Source of the DNA: Candidatus Falkowbacteria bacterium
GTDB lineage: Bacteria > Patescibacteriota > Patescibacteriia > Patescibacteriales > UBA12075
Length of the DNA stretch: 64,000 nt
Reading direction: 5' to 3'
Assembly: GCA_003514005.1 (NCBI GenBank)
Contig: DOSJ01000012.1
Location: 26,508 to 90,507, forward strand
The translations under genes and the position numbers were made by a program. This document shows, piece after piece, positions 27,573 to 37,301 of the stretch. How positions within the stretch are numbered: position 1 is the first letter of the stretch; every line of letters begins with the position of its first letter. The notes below the pieces were generated by a model. That model saw only the letters and a list, made by a program, of their open reading frames with translations. It had not been told where the DNA came from and ran no database searches.

Positions 27573-29396
27573 TTAAATAATCGCATCATGAAAACCAAGT
27601 GTAATCGTCCGCGGCGTAATGCCGTGTTTTTTGTTGTAGGCAATTTGGATTTTGCGGCGTCTTTTGGTTTCGCTAACCGCAAAGCGCATCGCGGGAGTCA
27701 TGCGGTCGCCGTAGAGAATTACCCGGCCTTCGGAATGGCGTGCGGCTCGGCCCATGGTTTGGATAAGTGATGTTTCGTTGCGCAAGAAGCCGGACATATC
27801 GGCATCGAGAATTGCGACTAGTGAGACCTCTGGCAGGTCCAGACCTTCGCGCAAAAGATTGATTCCGACCAAAACATCGCATTTGCCTTGGCGCAAGCTT
27901 TGGAGAATATCTACTCGTTCCAGTGTTTTAATATCCGAATGCAAGTATTCCACTTTAATTTTTTGTTCTTTTAGATATTCGCTTAGCTCCTCGGCCATGC
28001 GTTTGGTCAAAGTTGTAACCAATACGCGTTGTTTTTTAGCAACGGTTTTTTCGATCTCGATAATCAAGTCCGGAATCTGTCCGGTCGAGGGGCGGACCGA
28101 TACTTCGGGGTCAAGCAATCCGGTCGGGCGGATAATCTGCTCGGCAATCTGTTTGGATCTTTTGGTTTCGTATTCCGATGGCGTAGCACTAACATAAATA
28201 ACCTGCTTGAATTTTTTATTAAATTCTTTGAAATTGAGCGGACGGTTGTCGCGCGCGCTAGGCAAGCGAAAGCCAAAATCGATTAGCGTTTGCTTGCGCG
28301 ACTGATCGCCGGCATGCATACCGCGTATTTGCGGCAGGGTAGCGTGTGATTCATCAATAAACAAAAGAAAATCTTTTGGGAAAAAATCCATTAGTGTTGA
28401 AGGCGCTTCGCCTGCATTGCGTCCGGTCAGATGCCGTGAATAATTTTCGATTCCGTTGCAATATCCCACTTCTTCCATCATCTCAAGGTCATAATTCGTC
28501 TTGCTTTCAAGCCGATAAGCCTCCATTTGCTTATTGTCTTTGATAAGCTCATCCACACGATTTTTTAACTCCAGCTTTATTTCAGCAATCGCTTTGTGCA
28601 AGCGCTCATCCGGTGTCATAAAATGCTTGGCTGGCAATATATTTATTTCCGGTAAAGCCAAGCCGTTTTTGTTTTTTAGGTCCGAAGCCCACACCGGTAC
28701 TTTACCGTTTGGGACAACTGTAAAAATTATAATATTTTCAATCTCGTCATTATAAAGTTGAATCCGCGCAACCGCTTCACCAGTTGCCAAGTGAATATCG
28801 ATCAAATCGCCTTTAACGCGAAATTGCCCGCGGTAAAAAGCCGTGTCATTCCGTTCATACTGAATAGCAACCAGCTGTCGCAACAAATCATTGCGCTTAA
28901 CATTTTGGCCGACTCTGAATATCCGTCCCATTCCTTCGTAATCGGTTTTTTCGCCCAAGCCGTAGATGCAGGATACACTCGCGATAATAATAACATCTTT
29001 TCTATTAATCAAAGACTGGGTTGAAGCATGACGCAAGCGGTCGATTTCTTCGTTTATTGTCGCTTCTTTCTCGATATATGTATCCGTATGCGGAATATAG
29101 GCTTCGGGCTGATAATAGTCATAATAAGAAACAAAATAATGTACGGCTGATTCCGGGAAAAAATTGCGGAATTCGCCATACAGCTGTGCCGCCAAAGTCT
29201 TATTGTGGGATATTATCAAGGTCGGCTTTTTTACGCTGGCGATAATATTTGCCATCGTAAAAGTCTTTCCACTTCCGGTAACGCCAAGCAAGGTTTGTTC
29301 TTTATGACCAAGTTCCAGCCCGGTTAATAGTTTATTGATAGCATCTGGCTGGTCGCCGGTTGGTTTAAATTTTGAGTGCAGTTTGAATAAATTCAT
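27573..29396 (-). CDS. uvrB: Excinuclease ABC subunit B, lacking the C-terminal UVR domain
   Basis: [10 protein letters not shown]...[14 protein letters not shown], helicase motifs DESH and [14 protein letters not shown]. Ends ...[18 protein letters not shown] directly against the convergent gene, with zero spacer. Confidence 0.9.
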   Translation of the reverse strand: MNLFKLHSKFKPTGDQPDAINKLLTGLELGHKEQTLLGVTGSGKTFTMANIIASVKKPTLIISHNKTLAAQLYGEFRNFFPESAVHYFVSYYDYYQPEAYIPHTDTYIEKEATINEEIDRLRHASTQSLINRKDVIIIASVSCIYGLGEKTDYEGMGRIFRVGQNVKRNDLLRQLVAIQYERNDTAFYRGQFRVKGDLIDIHLATGEAVARIQLYNDEIENIIIFTVVPNGKVPVWASDLKNKNGLALPEINILPAKHFMTPDERLHKAIAEIKLELKNRVDELIKDNKQMEAYRLESKTNYDLEMMEEVGYCNGIENYSRHLTGRNAGEAPSTLMDFFPKDFLLFIDESHATLPQIRGMHAGDQSRKQTLIDFGFRLPSARDNRPLNFKEFNKKFKQVIYVSATPSEYETKRSKQIAEQIIRPTGLLDPEVSVRPSTGQIPDLIIEIEKTVAKKQRVLVTTLTKRMAEELSEYLKEQKIKVEYLHSDIKTLERVDILQSLRQGKCDVLVGINLLREGLDLPEVSLVAILDADMSGFLRNETSLIQTMGRAARHSEGRVILYGDRMTPAMRFAVSETKRRRKIQIAYNKKHGITPRTITLGFHDAII

Positions 29397-29434
29397 GCTA
29401 ATAGTATAAGCTTATTGTGATAAAAAGTCTAGAA

Positions 29435-29615
29435 AATAAATAGGGGTTTGCTCGTTTTTTAGTCGAGCAAACCCCATTTTGAGTATTCTACGCGGGACTT
29501 TTTTGGCCCTAAATTTGTTTTTTTCCTGGGTTGGGGGAGGTGCCTATTAGTGGTAAGCAACGCACGAAGGTAGGTGCGGTTTGGCAGGCGAAAAACAAAA
29601 ACGTATCAACACTCA
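29435..29615 (-). ncRNA. Candidate small RNA (about 180 nt) with its own promoter and terminator and a CACCUCCCCC motif
   Basis: On the minus strand: TTGACA (29649-29644), 16 nt, TACACT (29627-29622). Perfect 12-bp stem ggggtttgctcg/cgagcaaacccc (29443-29475) followed by a U-rich tail. No ORF. Function unknown. Confidence 0.35.
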
Positions 29616-29673
29616 GAAGTAAGTGTAGCAGAAAATTGGAATTTGTCAAGGGGAGTGTCGAAAAAAAAGTTTT

Positions 29674-29702
29674 TTGACATTCAATCCGCTTTGGGCTAAA
29701 AT
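29674..29702 (+). promoter_or_regulatory. Candidate ileS promoter (TTGACA-17-TAAAAT)
   Basis: TTGACA at 29674-29679 and TAAAAT at 29697-29702, 30 nt upstream of the ATG. Confidence 0.5.
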
Positions 29703-29732
29703 AATCATATAATTTAATGAAAAATATATATT

Positions 29733-32700
29733 ATGCAAGACCGTAAAACCGATGTAAAACAAAACGAAAAAAATCCTTTTGCCGTGATGGAAGAAGAAGT
29801 ATTGGATTTTTGGCAAAAAAATAAGATTTTTGAAAAATCAGTAAATAAAGAAGCGCCAAAAGGTGATTATGTTTTTTATGATGGACCGCCGTTTGCGACT
29901 GGTCTTCCACATTACGGTCATATCGTTGCGAGTATTATCAAAGATGTTGTGCCTCGGTTTTGGACTATGAATGGTTACCGAGTAGAGCGAAAATGGGGCT
30001 GGGATTGCCATGGGCTTCCGATTGAGAATATTGTAGAAAAAGAATTGGGCTCAAAAAGTAAGCGTGATATCGAGGAAATCGGTGTGGCTAAATTCAATGA
30101 AATGTGCCGTTCAAAGGTTATGGATTATGTTGAAGATTGGAAAGTCGTGATTAACAAACTTGGTCGTTGGGCAGACATGGAGAATGATTATAAAACCATG
30201 GATTTGGATTTTATGGAATCGGTTTGGTATGTTTTTAAGACTATGTATGAAAAGGGCTTGGTTTATGAAGGTTATCGCTCTATGCATGTGTGTCCGCGTT
30301 GCGAAACGACTTTGTCGCAGTCTGAGGTAACGGAAGGATATAAGGATATAAAGGATTTGTCGGCTATTGCTAAGTTTAAAGTTGAAAGTGAAAAGTTGAA
30401 AGTAGACGGCGACGTTTATGTTTTAGCTTGGACAACTACACCATGGACATTGATTGGCAATGTGGCTTTGGCGGTTGCGGTTGCGGAAAATATTGATTAT
30501 CAGATTTTGGAGTTTGATAATGATTGTAAAACATTGTTATGTAGTAAAGGTGATAAAATTATTATTGCGAATGATAGACATATAGAAAATCTTATTTTTG
30601 GGGGTATGATTCATTGTGATGATTCAAAGCTTAATCAAAATAAAAAAGTTTATTATGTTAATTATAAAAAAAATAATATTGAAGAAAAAATATTTTTTTC
30701 TTTAAGAAAAACTGGTATTAATGGCAAGGACTTGGTTGGTTTGGAATATAAACCATTGTTTGATTATTATTCATCAGACGAAAAATTAGAAAATCGGGAA
30801 AACGGTTGGAAGATTTATGCCGGGGATTTTGTTACGACAGACGAGGGGACTGGAATCGTGCATATTGCGCCGGCGTTTGGAGAAGATGATATGCAGTTGG
30901 GCAAGAAACATAATCTGCCTTTTGTACAGCATTTAACCATGGATGGTAATTTCAAGCCGGAAGTGAAAGATTTTCAAGGACTCAATGTCAAGCCGATTGA
31001 TAATCATATGGCGACAGATATTGAAATTATCAAATATCTTGCGCATAACAATCTGTTATTTTCCAAAGAGAAATATGAGCATTCTTATCCGCATTGCTGG
31101 CGCTGTGATACTCCGCTTTTGAATTATGCGACCGGGTCTTGGTTTGTGGATGTAACAAAGATTAAAGACAGGATGATAAAAGTGGCAGAAGATATAAATT
31201 GGTCACCTGAGCATATCAAGAAGGGCCGTTGGGGAAATTGGCTTGAAGGTGCAAGAGATTGGTCTATTAGCCGGCAAAGATTTTGGGCGTCGGTTATTCC
31301 GATTTGGGAATGCGAACACAAAACAAAAGGTGCTTGTGATAATCGCGTTGTGATTGGATCAGTTGATGAGCTGGCAAAATTGAGTGGTAAAAAAGTTGCT
31401 GATTTGCATAAACACGTTGTTGATGAGATAACATTCACTTGCAGTAAATGCGGTGGAACAATGAGGCGTATTCCTGATGTTTTTGATTGTTGGTTTGAAT
31501 CCGGTTCAATGCCTTTTGCGCAGATGCATTATCCTTTTGAAAATAAAGAAAAATTTGAGCATAATTTTCCGGCACAATTTATTGCCGAAGGCGCAGACCA
31601 ATGCCGTTGTTGGTTTTACTATATGCATATTTTGGCAGTCGGCACAAAAGATGTACAGGCGTTTCAAAATGTTATCGTAAACGGCATTGTTCTTGCGGAA
31701 GACGGAAAGAAAATGTCAAAGAAGCTGAAAAATTATCCGGATCCGCTTTTGGTTTTTGATAAATACGGAGCTGATGCTTTGCGTTATTATTTATTGACTT
31801 CGCCCGTTATGCTTGCTGATAATTTGAATTTTTCTGAGAAAGGCGTTGGTGATTCTTTGCGAAAAATAAACATGACGCTTTGGAATGTTGTACGTTTCTA
31901 TGAAATGTTTAAGGCGGAACTTGTTGATGGAAACTCAGAATTAAAAACCAGTAGTGATAATGTTTTGGATAAATGGATTTTAGCCAGACTAAATCAATTG
32001 GTACAAGAAATCAGCGATGGCATGAAAGCGTATAATCTGCCGGAAGCCAGTCGCCCTATCGCAAAATTTATCGACGACCTCTCCACCTGGTACCTCCGCC
32101 GTTCGCGCGACCGCTTCAAGGGCGCGGACGAGGCGGATAAATTGCAGGCTTTGCAGACGACAAAATATGTACTCATTAACCTGTCAAAAATAGTCGCGCC
32201 AATCGTGCCGTTTATTGCCGAGCAGGTTTGGCAAAAAGTAACAGGACTTGATTTTAAAGACAGTGATAAATCCGTCCATTTGGAAGCATGGCCGGAGTGC
32301 ACGGCGATAATGGAAGAGAGCGATGCGAAAAAGATTATAGAGGAGATGGAGGCGACACGAAAAATCGTCGAGCTGGCTTTGGCAAAGCGCGATATGGCCG
32401 GGATCAAAGTGCGTCAGCCATTGGCAAGACTGACTGTGCGCGCGCCCAAGACAGTATCGATCAAGAATGCCTATATCGAATTGATCAAAGATGAAGTGAA
32501 CGTTAAGGAAGTTGATTTTGTCAGTAACGGCGACGAAGTTTATGTCGAGCTTGATACGGAAATCTCTCCGGAATTAAAAATGGAAGGCATTAAACGCGAA
32601 TTCGTACGCCAGATAAACTCTATCCGTAAAAATCAGGGGCTTACTATCAATGACAAGATAATTATTCACTGGGAAACCGCCAGCAAAGAAGTTGCATACG

Positions 32701-32840
32701 CGATTAATAGTTTTAGCGACGAAATAAAATCTGACACTTTGGCGTTTAACATAAAACAAGGCGTACCGGATAGCATTGAGCTAAAAAATGAAATGAATAT
32801 CGAGGGATTTCTCGTGACTATCGGAGTATTAAAAAAATAA
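29733..32840 (+). CDS. ileS: Isoleucyl-tRNA synthetase (type 2-like)
   Basis: HIGH region PPFATGLPHYGHIV, KMSKS region KMSKKLKN, editing-domain region TTTPWTLIGNVALAV, Zn-like CWRCDTP...CSKCGG. Confidence 0.92.
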   Translation: MQDRKTDVKQNEKNPFAVMEEEVLDFWQKNKIFEKSVNKEAPKGDYVFYDGPPFATGLPHYGHIVASIIKDVVPRFWTMNGYRVERKWGWDCHGLPIENIVEKELGSKSKRDIEEIGVAKFNEMCRSKVMDYVEDWKVVINKLGRWADMENDYKTMDLDFMESVWYVFKTMYEKGLVYEGYRSMHVCPRCETTLSQSEVTEGYKDIKDLSAIAKFKVESEKLKVDGDVYVLAWTTTPWTLIGNVALAVAVAENIDYQILEFDNDCKTLLCSKGDKIIIANDRHIENLIFGGMIHCDDSKLNQNKKVYYVNYKKNNIEEKIFFSLRKTGINGKDLVGLEYKPLFDYYSSDEKLENRENGWKIYAGDFVTTDEGTGIVHIAPAFGEDDMQLGKKHNLPFVQHLTMDGNFKPEVKDFQGLNVKPIDNHMATDIEIIKYLAHNNLLFSKEKYEHSYPHCWRCDTPLLNYATGSWFVDVTKIKDRMIKVAEDINWSPEHIKKGRWGNWLEGARDWSISRQRFWASVIPIWECEHKTKGACDNRVVIGSVDELAKLSGKKVADLHKHVVDEITFTCSKCGGTMRRIPDVFDCWFESGSMPFAQMHYPFENKEKFEHNFPAQFIAEGADQCRCWFYYMHILAVGTKDVQAFQNVIVNGIVLAEDGKKMSKKLKNYPDPLLVFDKYGADALRYYLLTSPVMLADNLNFSEKGVGDSLRKINMTLWNVVRFYEMFKAELVDGNSELKTSSDNVLDKWILARLNQLVQEISDGMKAYNLPEASRPIAKFIDDLSTWYLRRSRDRFKGADEADKLQALQTTKYVLINLSKIVAPIVPFIAEQVWQKVTGLDFKDSDKSVHLEAWPECTAIMEESDAKKIIEEMEATRKIVELALAKRDMAGIKVRQPLARLTVRAPKTVSIKNAYIELIKDEVNVKEVDFVSNGDEVYVELDTEISPELKMEGIKREFVRQINSIRKNQGLTINDKIIIHWETASKEVAYAINSFSDEIKSDTLAFNIKQGVPDSIELKNEMNIEGFLVTIGVLKK

Positions 32841-32852
32841 TTTATTTTCTCT

Positions 32853-33032
32853 TTGTCATTCCCGACACACAATAGCCCCGCAGGGAATAGATATTAAATG
32901 CCTGCCCCGCAAGCGGAGCTGGCCGGGGATCGGGAATCCAGAATTAAAAGATTTAATTATTTTTTAACGGCAAAGGATTTTTACAAGATAGATGCATTTT
33001 CCCCTGGATTCCCGCCTACGCGGGAATGACAA
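32853..33032. mobile_element. MITE-like element, second copy (ttgtcattcccg ... cgggaatgacaa termini)
   Basis: The termini match those at 11993-12132. An internal partial copy ggggatcgggaatcc is present. The ORF-track start at 32992 (MHFPLDSRLRGNDKG) is a read-through of this element. Confidence 0.6.
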
Positions 33033-33048
33033 GGGGAGAGGACTTAAT

Positions 33049-34074
33049 ATGTTAACAAAATCTTTATCCTTATTCTCCGGCGGACTTGATTCGATTATCG
33101 CTGTAAAATTGTTACAAAAACAAAATATTGATGTAACGGGTATTTGTTTTTATTCTCCTTTTTATGGCTGTGAAAAAGCGCTTGAATCGGCCAAGGAACT
33201 GGGGATTGAATTAAAGACTATTGATATTTCCGCAGAAATGCTTGCGGTTGTGAAGAATCCGGCATGCGGTTATGGTAAAAACCTGAATCCTTGCATTGAT
33301 TGTCATGCATTGATGATTCGCTTGGCAAACGAGATTGCGCAAAAAGAAAATTTTGATTTTATCGCAAGCGGCGAGGTGCTGGGGCAACGGCCGTTTTCGC
33401 AAAACAAAGAGGCTTTGCAAAGAGTACAAAAACTGGCCGGCGCCGAAGTACTGCGTCCTTTGTCCGCAAAGCTTTTAGACGAAACCGCGGTTGAAAAAAG
33501 CGGTTTGGTAAACCGCGGACTTTTGGAAAGAATCAATGGCCGTGATCGCCACGACCAAATGGAACTGGCAGAGCGATTTCAGATAAAAAAATATCCCAGT
33601 CCGGCTGGTGGCTGTTTATTAACAGATCCGGCCTACGGCGAAAGACTGGGGTTAATGCTGGAAAATTGGCCGGATTGTGATAGTAATGACGTTAATATTC
33701 TCAGGCATGGTCGAGTTTTTTGGATAAATTTAGCCAAAAACGACAAGCAAAAGCCGGAAAAAATCCTAGTGATAATCGGCAGGGAAGAGGCTGATAATAA
33801 TAACCTAAAAAAACTAGCCAAGAAGGGTGATTTTATGGTACAATTAAAGGAGTTGAATGGACCGGTTACTTTGATTCGATCGAAGTTTGGCCTGGAACCT
33901 CTCGATGCTGGTGAAATAACCATAGACATCCCGGAAAAACTTAATCTGGGTAATCGTAAACTAGGCGAAGACAAGAGTGCGGATGAAATATTCCAGATTT
34001 CTGCGATGTTAACCGGTTTGTATTCGGTGAAGGCGAGAGGGAAGAGTGCGGTGTTTGTATTGATTAATATGTGA
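33049..34074 (+). CDS. PP-loop ATPase, ThiI/MnmA-like tRNA thiolation-type enzyme
   Basis: PP-loop SLFSGGLDS at the N-terminus when started at ATG 33049, which is preceded by aaggggagagg. NPCIDCHALM cysteine motif. Confidence 0.7.
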   Translation: MLTKSLSLFSGGLDSIIAVKLLQKQNIDVTGICFYSPFYGCEKALESAKELGIELKTIDISAEMLAVVKNPACGYGKNLNPCIDCHALMIRLANEIAQKENFDFIASGEVLGQRPFSQNKEALQRVQKLAGAEVLRPLSAKLLDETAVEKSGLVNRGLLERINGRDRHDQMELAERFQIKKYPSPAGGCLLTDPAYGERLGLMLENWPDCDSNDVNILRHGRVFWINLAKNDKQKPEKILVIIGREEADNNNLKKLAKKGDFMVQLKELNGPVTLIRSKFGLEPLDAGEITIDIPEKLNLGNRKLGEDKSADEIFQISAMLTGLYSVKARGKSAVFVLINM

Positions 34075-34082
34075 CTAGTTAA

Positions 34083-34207
34083 TTAGTTGATTAGTTAATT
34101 AGGATAAAAATAACTAATCAACTAATCAACTAATCAACTAATCAACTAATCAACTAATCAACTAATCAACTAATCAACTAATCAACTAATCAACTAATTA
34201 CCTAATT
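34083..34207. repeat. Asymmetric word hairpin: 10 perfect tandem copies of the 8-nt unit aactaatc (34112-34191) facing a short complementary arm (ttgattagtt)
   Basis: Counted directly. Units start every 8 nt from 34112, with a degenerate 11th unit. The complement tagttgattagttaattagg lies at 34083-34102. Confidence 0.85.
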
Positions 34208-34216
34208 ACCTAACCC

Positions 34217-35392
34217 ATGTCCCTAAAAAGCAAAAACGAAGATAACAAAGTCGATATCATTAAATTGGTAAATGATATTTTTTACCAAGGGATCAAAGAA
34301 GGCGTAAGCGATATCCATATTCAGCCGTATAAAGGCGGTATTATCGTACGTTATCGTATTGATGGCATTTTGCATTCCGTGTTTGAGGGTGATAAAACTT
34401 TGAATGAGTTCATGCTGTCTCGCATCAAAATTTTGGCTGACTTGGAGACCACCGGTTTACCTCGTCCGCAAGAAGGTAATATCAAATTTCCTTTTGAAAA
34501 TGGATTTGTGGATCTGCGCGTTTCGATTTTTCCGACTAGCCAAGGCGAAACAGTAGTGGTACGCGTATTGGAAAGCAAGAAATTTTTTAATGATTATAAA
34601 GATTTGGGATTTAATAGCGAGCAAATAACAGATCTGGAGAAAATCATCAAAAAGCCGTATGGTCTTATTTTGGTTACCGGTCCGAATGGCAGCGGTAAAT
34701 CAACAACGCTTTTTACGATTTTAAATAAGTTGAATGTTCCGGAAAAAAGCTTGGTTACGCTCGAGGATCCGGTCGAACGCAAGATTGAGCTTGTTCGGCA
34801 GACAAATATCGACCCTTCAATCGGTCTGACTTTTGCCGAAGGTTTGCGTTATCTTTTGCGCCAAGATCCGGATGTTTTGATGGTAGGCGAAATCCGCGAT
34901 AAAGAAACCGCAAATATTGCCGTGCAAGCTGCCGTTACCGGTCATTTGGTTTTGGCTACGATCCACACAAATAACGCCGCCGGTGCTATCGTCCGCTTGA
35001 TAAATATGGGGATCGAGCCCTTTCTTTTGTCTTCTGCCCTGAAATTCGTTTCCGCCCAGCGCTTATCGCGCCTGAACTGCCCACATTGCAAAGAGGAATA
35101 TATTCCGCCCAAAGACTTAATCGAAGCACTTGACGCGCCAAGTGGAATAAAATTTTATCATTCTATTGGCTGTGATAAATGCAATGGCAAAGGTATGAAA
35201 GGTCGGCTCGGTATCCACGAAGTTTTAATCGTAACCAAGCCGATCCAGGAGCTAATACTGCAAAGGCCGTCTGACGACCATATCAATGATCTGGCGATTA
35301 AAGAAGGCATGACCAGCCTGCGCCAAGCCGCTTTGCAAAATGTTTATAGCGGGAATATTAGTATTGAGGAGGCGTTGCGGCTGACAGAATAA
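34217..35392 (+). CDS. Type II/IV secretion-family ATPase (GspE/PilB-like, short form)
   Basis: Walker A VTGPNGSGKSTTL and LMVGEIRD. C-terminal tetracysteine CPHCKEEY...CDKCNGKG, typical of PilB/GspE. Confidence 0.85.
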   Translation: MSLKSKNEDNKVDIIKLVNDIFYQGIKEGVSDIHIQPYKGGIIVRYRIDGILHSVFEGDKTLNEFMLSRIKILADLETTGLPRPQEGNIKFPFENGFVDLRVSIFPTSQGETVVVRVLESKKFFNDYKDLGFNSEQITDLEKIIKKPYGLILVTGPNGSGKSTTLFTILNKLNVPEKSLVTLEDPVERKIELVRQTNIDPSIGLTFAEGLRYLLRQDPDVLMVGEIRDKETANIAVQAAVTGHLVLATIHTNNAAGAIVRLINMGIEPFLLSSALKFVSAQRLSRLNCPHCKEEYIPPKDLIEALDAPSGIKFYHSIGCDKCNGKGMKGRLGIHEVLIVTKPIQELILQRPSDDHINDLAIKEGMTSLRQAALQNVYSGNISIEEALRLTE

Positions 35393-35418
35393 TAATTTTT
35401 AACTTTTAATATAAATAT

Positions 35419-35799
35419 ATGTCAGATAAAAAAACAATTTTAATCGCCGAAGACGAAGCACCAATGCTTATGGCTTTGGCAAAAAAATTTCAAGATAAGG
35501 GTTTCGCGGTAATTGAGGCGATTGATGGGCAAGCGGCTCTGGACAAAGCTATGGAAAATAAGCCGGACATTATTTTGTTGGATATCATAATGCCTAAAAT
35601 GGAAGGAATAGAAGTGATGCGGCGCATTCGGGAAGACAAAAAATGGGGGAGCGATGTGCCGATTGTTATGTTGACAAACCTAAGCGACGCTGATAATGTA
35701 GCAGAAGCGTCAAAGTATGGTGTTTATGATTTTTTGGTAAAAACCGATTGGCGGCTTGACGATATCGTTGATATTGTCAAACAGAAATTATTTATATAG
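35419..35799 (+). CDS. Stand-alone response-regulator receiver domain (CheY-like)
   Basis: ILIAEDE...DIILLDIIMPKMEG...MLTNL...K pattern, 126 aa. Confidence 0.85.
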   Translation: MSDKKTILIAEDEAPMLMALAKKFQDKGFAVIEAIDGQAALDKAMENKPDIILLDIIMPKMEGIEVMRRIREDKKWGSDVPIVMLTNLSDADNVAEASKYGVYDFLVKTDWRLDDIVDIVKQKLFI

Positions 35800-36062
35800 T
35801 TATTGTGTAAATTTTCTATTTTAACAAATATCTTATTTTCTAAATTCACTGATATTTAATAAATTTTCGCGGATTTACGCGGATTAAAACGTGGATTTAC
35901 GCTGAAAATAATTTTTTACACATTAACGCTATATTTTATTACCGCTAAATATATGCTGGTTGATACAGATAAAATCGGAATAACTTTCGTAAAAATATTT
36001 TCAATCGAATTTACAATTTTTATTTTAATTATTTTTTTGCTTATAAATATATAAACGCTCAA

Positions 36063-36102
36063 TAAAAAAAATCTTCTCACGAGCGGTGAGAAGATTTTTT
36101 TA
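36063..36102. terminator. Bidirectional intrinsic terminator (10-bp stem atcttctcac/gtgagaagat flanked by A8 and T7)
   Basis: Stem at 36071-36080 / 36086-36095, loop gagcg, A-run 36063-36070, T-run 36096-36102. Lies just downstream of rpmB on the minus strand. Confidence 0.75.
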
Positions 36103-36112
36103 TTTTAACTAA

Positions 36113-36283
36113 TTAGTTTTTTTTGCTGGTTTTAATACATTTTGTGCAGACTTTGATCGTTATTCCGTCTAATTTCTTTGTTTGTAAATTGATATTCTGC
36201 CGCTTAATAGTTTTGATATTCGAATGGGACCTGGAAGCATCTTTAGTTGAACTTCGTCCGCAGACATCGCATTGTTTTGACAT
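36113..36283 (-). CDS. rpmB: 50S ribosomal protein L28
   Basis: MSKQCDVCGRSSTKDASRSHSNIKTIKRQNINLQTKKL... The start is taken at the internal Met of the 79-aa ORF. Confidence 0.85.
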   Translation of the reverse strand: MSKQCDVCGRSSTKDASRSHSNIKTIKRQNINLQTKKLDGITIKVCTKCIKTSKKN

Positions 36284-36349
36284 AGTATTGGTATTTTTAT
36301 TATTAGTTTGATTAACAAAATTTAGCATATCATGTTTTGCAAAATAATG

Positions 36350-36454
36350 CAAGATGTGATATATATATAATATTCAATAATCAATATGCAATATCCATTC
36401 AATATTTAAATATTAAATTGAATATTGAGTATTGGATATTGAATTTTTTTAAGT
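36350..36454. repeat. Intergenic word hairpin (caatattcaat / attgaatattg family)
   Basis: caatatccattcaatatttaaatattaaattgaatattgagtattggatattg, between rpmB and the M50 protease gene. Confidence 0.55.
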
Positions 36455-37066
36455 ATGCAAACAAATCTGATAATATTTCAAATAATTGTTCTGGTATTTT
36501 CAGCCATAATTCACGAGTATATGCATGGTTGGATGGCTGATCAATTGGGGGATACGACTGCCAAGGACGAAGGACGGCTTACTTTGAATCCACTGCCGCA
36601 TATTGATCCTTTTGGTTCTGTTTTCCTGCCTTTTTTACTGGTTTTATCCGGTTCGCCTTTTGTTTTCGGCTGGGCCAAGCCGGTTCCCTACAATCCCTAT
36701 AATCTGCGCGATCAGCGCTATGGTCCCGCCAAAGTGGCGCTTGCCGGACCTTTGGGCAATTTAATCACAGCGATTTTTTTTGGAATGCTTTTGCGTTTTG
36801 CGCCTTTGGCCGGAAACCCGCTTTTAATTACCTTGTTGGCGATAATTGTTCAGATAAATCTGCTTTTGATGATTTTTAATCTGTTACCGATTCCGCCTTT
36901 GGACGGCTCAAAAATTATCGCACCTTTTTTGCCGGAAAATATTCAAAAATTCATGCTTAATTTAGAGCGATACGGCATGATCTTGGTGATTGTCTTTGTG
37001 ATGTTTGGATTTAATCTGATAATTCCTTTAATAAATTTTTTATTCAATTTGATAGTAGGTATTTAA
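36455..37066 (+). CDS. Site-2 protease family (M50) membrane metalloprotease
   Basis: HEYMHGWMA (HExxH) and NLLPIPPLDGSK motifs, polytopic. Confidence 0.85.
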   Translation: MQTNLIIFQIIVLVFSAIIHEYMHGWMADQLGDTTAKDEGRLTLNPLPHIDPFGSVFLPFLLVLSGSPFVFGWAKPVPYNPYNLRDQRYGPAKVALAGPLGNLITAIFFGMLLRFAPLAGNPLLITLLAIIVQINLLLMIFNLLPIPPLDGSKIIAPFLPENIQKFMLNLERYGMILVIVFVMFGFNLIIPLINFLFNLIVGI

Positions 37067-37161
37067 GCGGTTGCTAGAAAATTCTAAAAGAAAAATATTT
37101 GCCTAATATTAAAATAATTTTAATTTATTTTAGCTTTTAAAAATATCCTTGGCAAAGGTTC

Positions 37162-37190
37162 TTGACTTATTTTCTATATTTTGATAAATT
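37162..37190 (+). promoter_or_regulatory. Candidate str-operon promoter (TTGACT-17-TAAATT)
   Basis: TTGACT at 37162-37167 and TAAATT at 37185-37190, about 110 nt upstream of rpsL. Confidence 0.45.
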
Positions 37191-37301
37191 GAAATAGCAA
37201 ATAATAACAAATTTAGATTATTTTGTAATTGCCGATTAGCGTTTGGTAAATTTTTTTTAATTATGTTTATGCTAATCCGTGTTTACAACATATTATAAGA
37301 G

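Noticed and set aside
29435-29615. SRP (4.5S) RNA, 6S RNA or tmRNA identity for the candidate sRNA
   Set aside because: By eye there is no conserved SRP helix-8 motif (GGAA tetraloop with AGCA/GGUCC loops), no tmRNA tag ORF and no tRNA-like end. It is left as an unclassified candidate.
29500-29732. T-box or other riboswitch leader for ileS
   Set aside because: No T-box consensus (AAUUAGGGUGGUACCGCG-like) or specifier/antiterminator arrangement is visible. The best ileS promoter (29674-29702) lies downstream of the structured region, which fits a minus-strand transcript better.
32992-33048. Upstream start of the PP-loop gene (MHFPLDSRLRGNDKGRGLN...)
   Set aside because: These codons are a read-through of the MITE-like palindrome. 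The conserved SGGLDS PP-loop follows the internal ATG at 33049, which has a purine-rich ribosome-binding-like sequence upstream.
34112-34191. Possible CRISPR or other spaced repeat
   Set aside because: These are ten back-to-back 8-nt units with no unique spacers, which makes it a microsatellite-like array.
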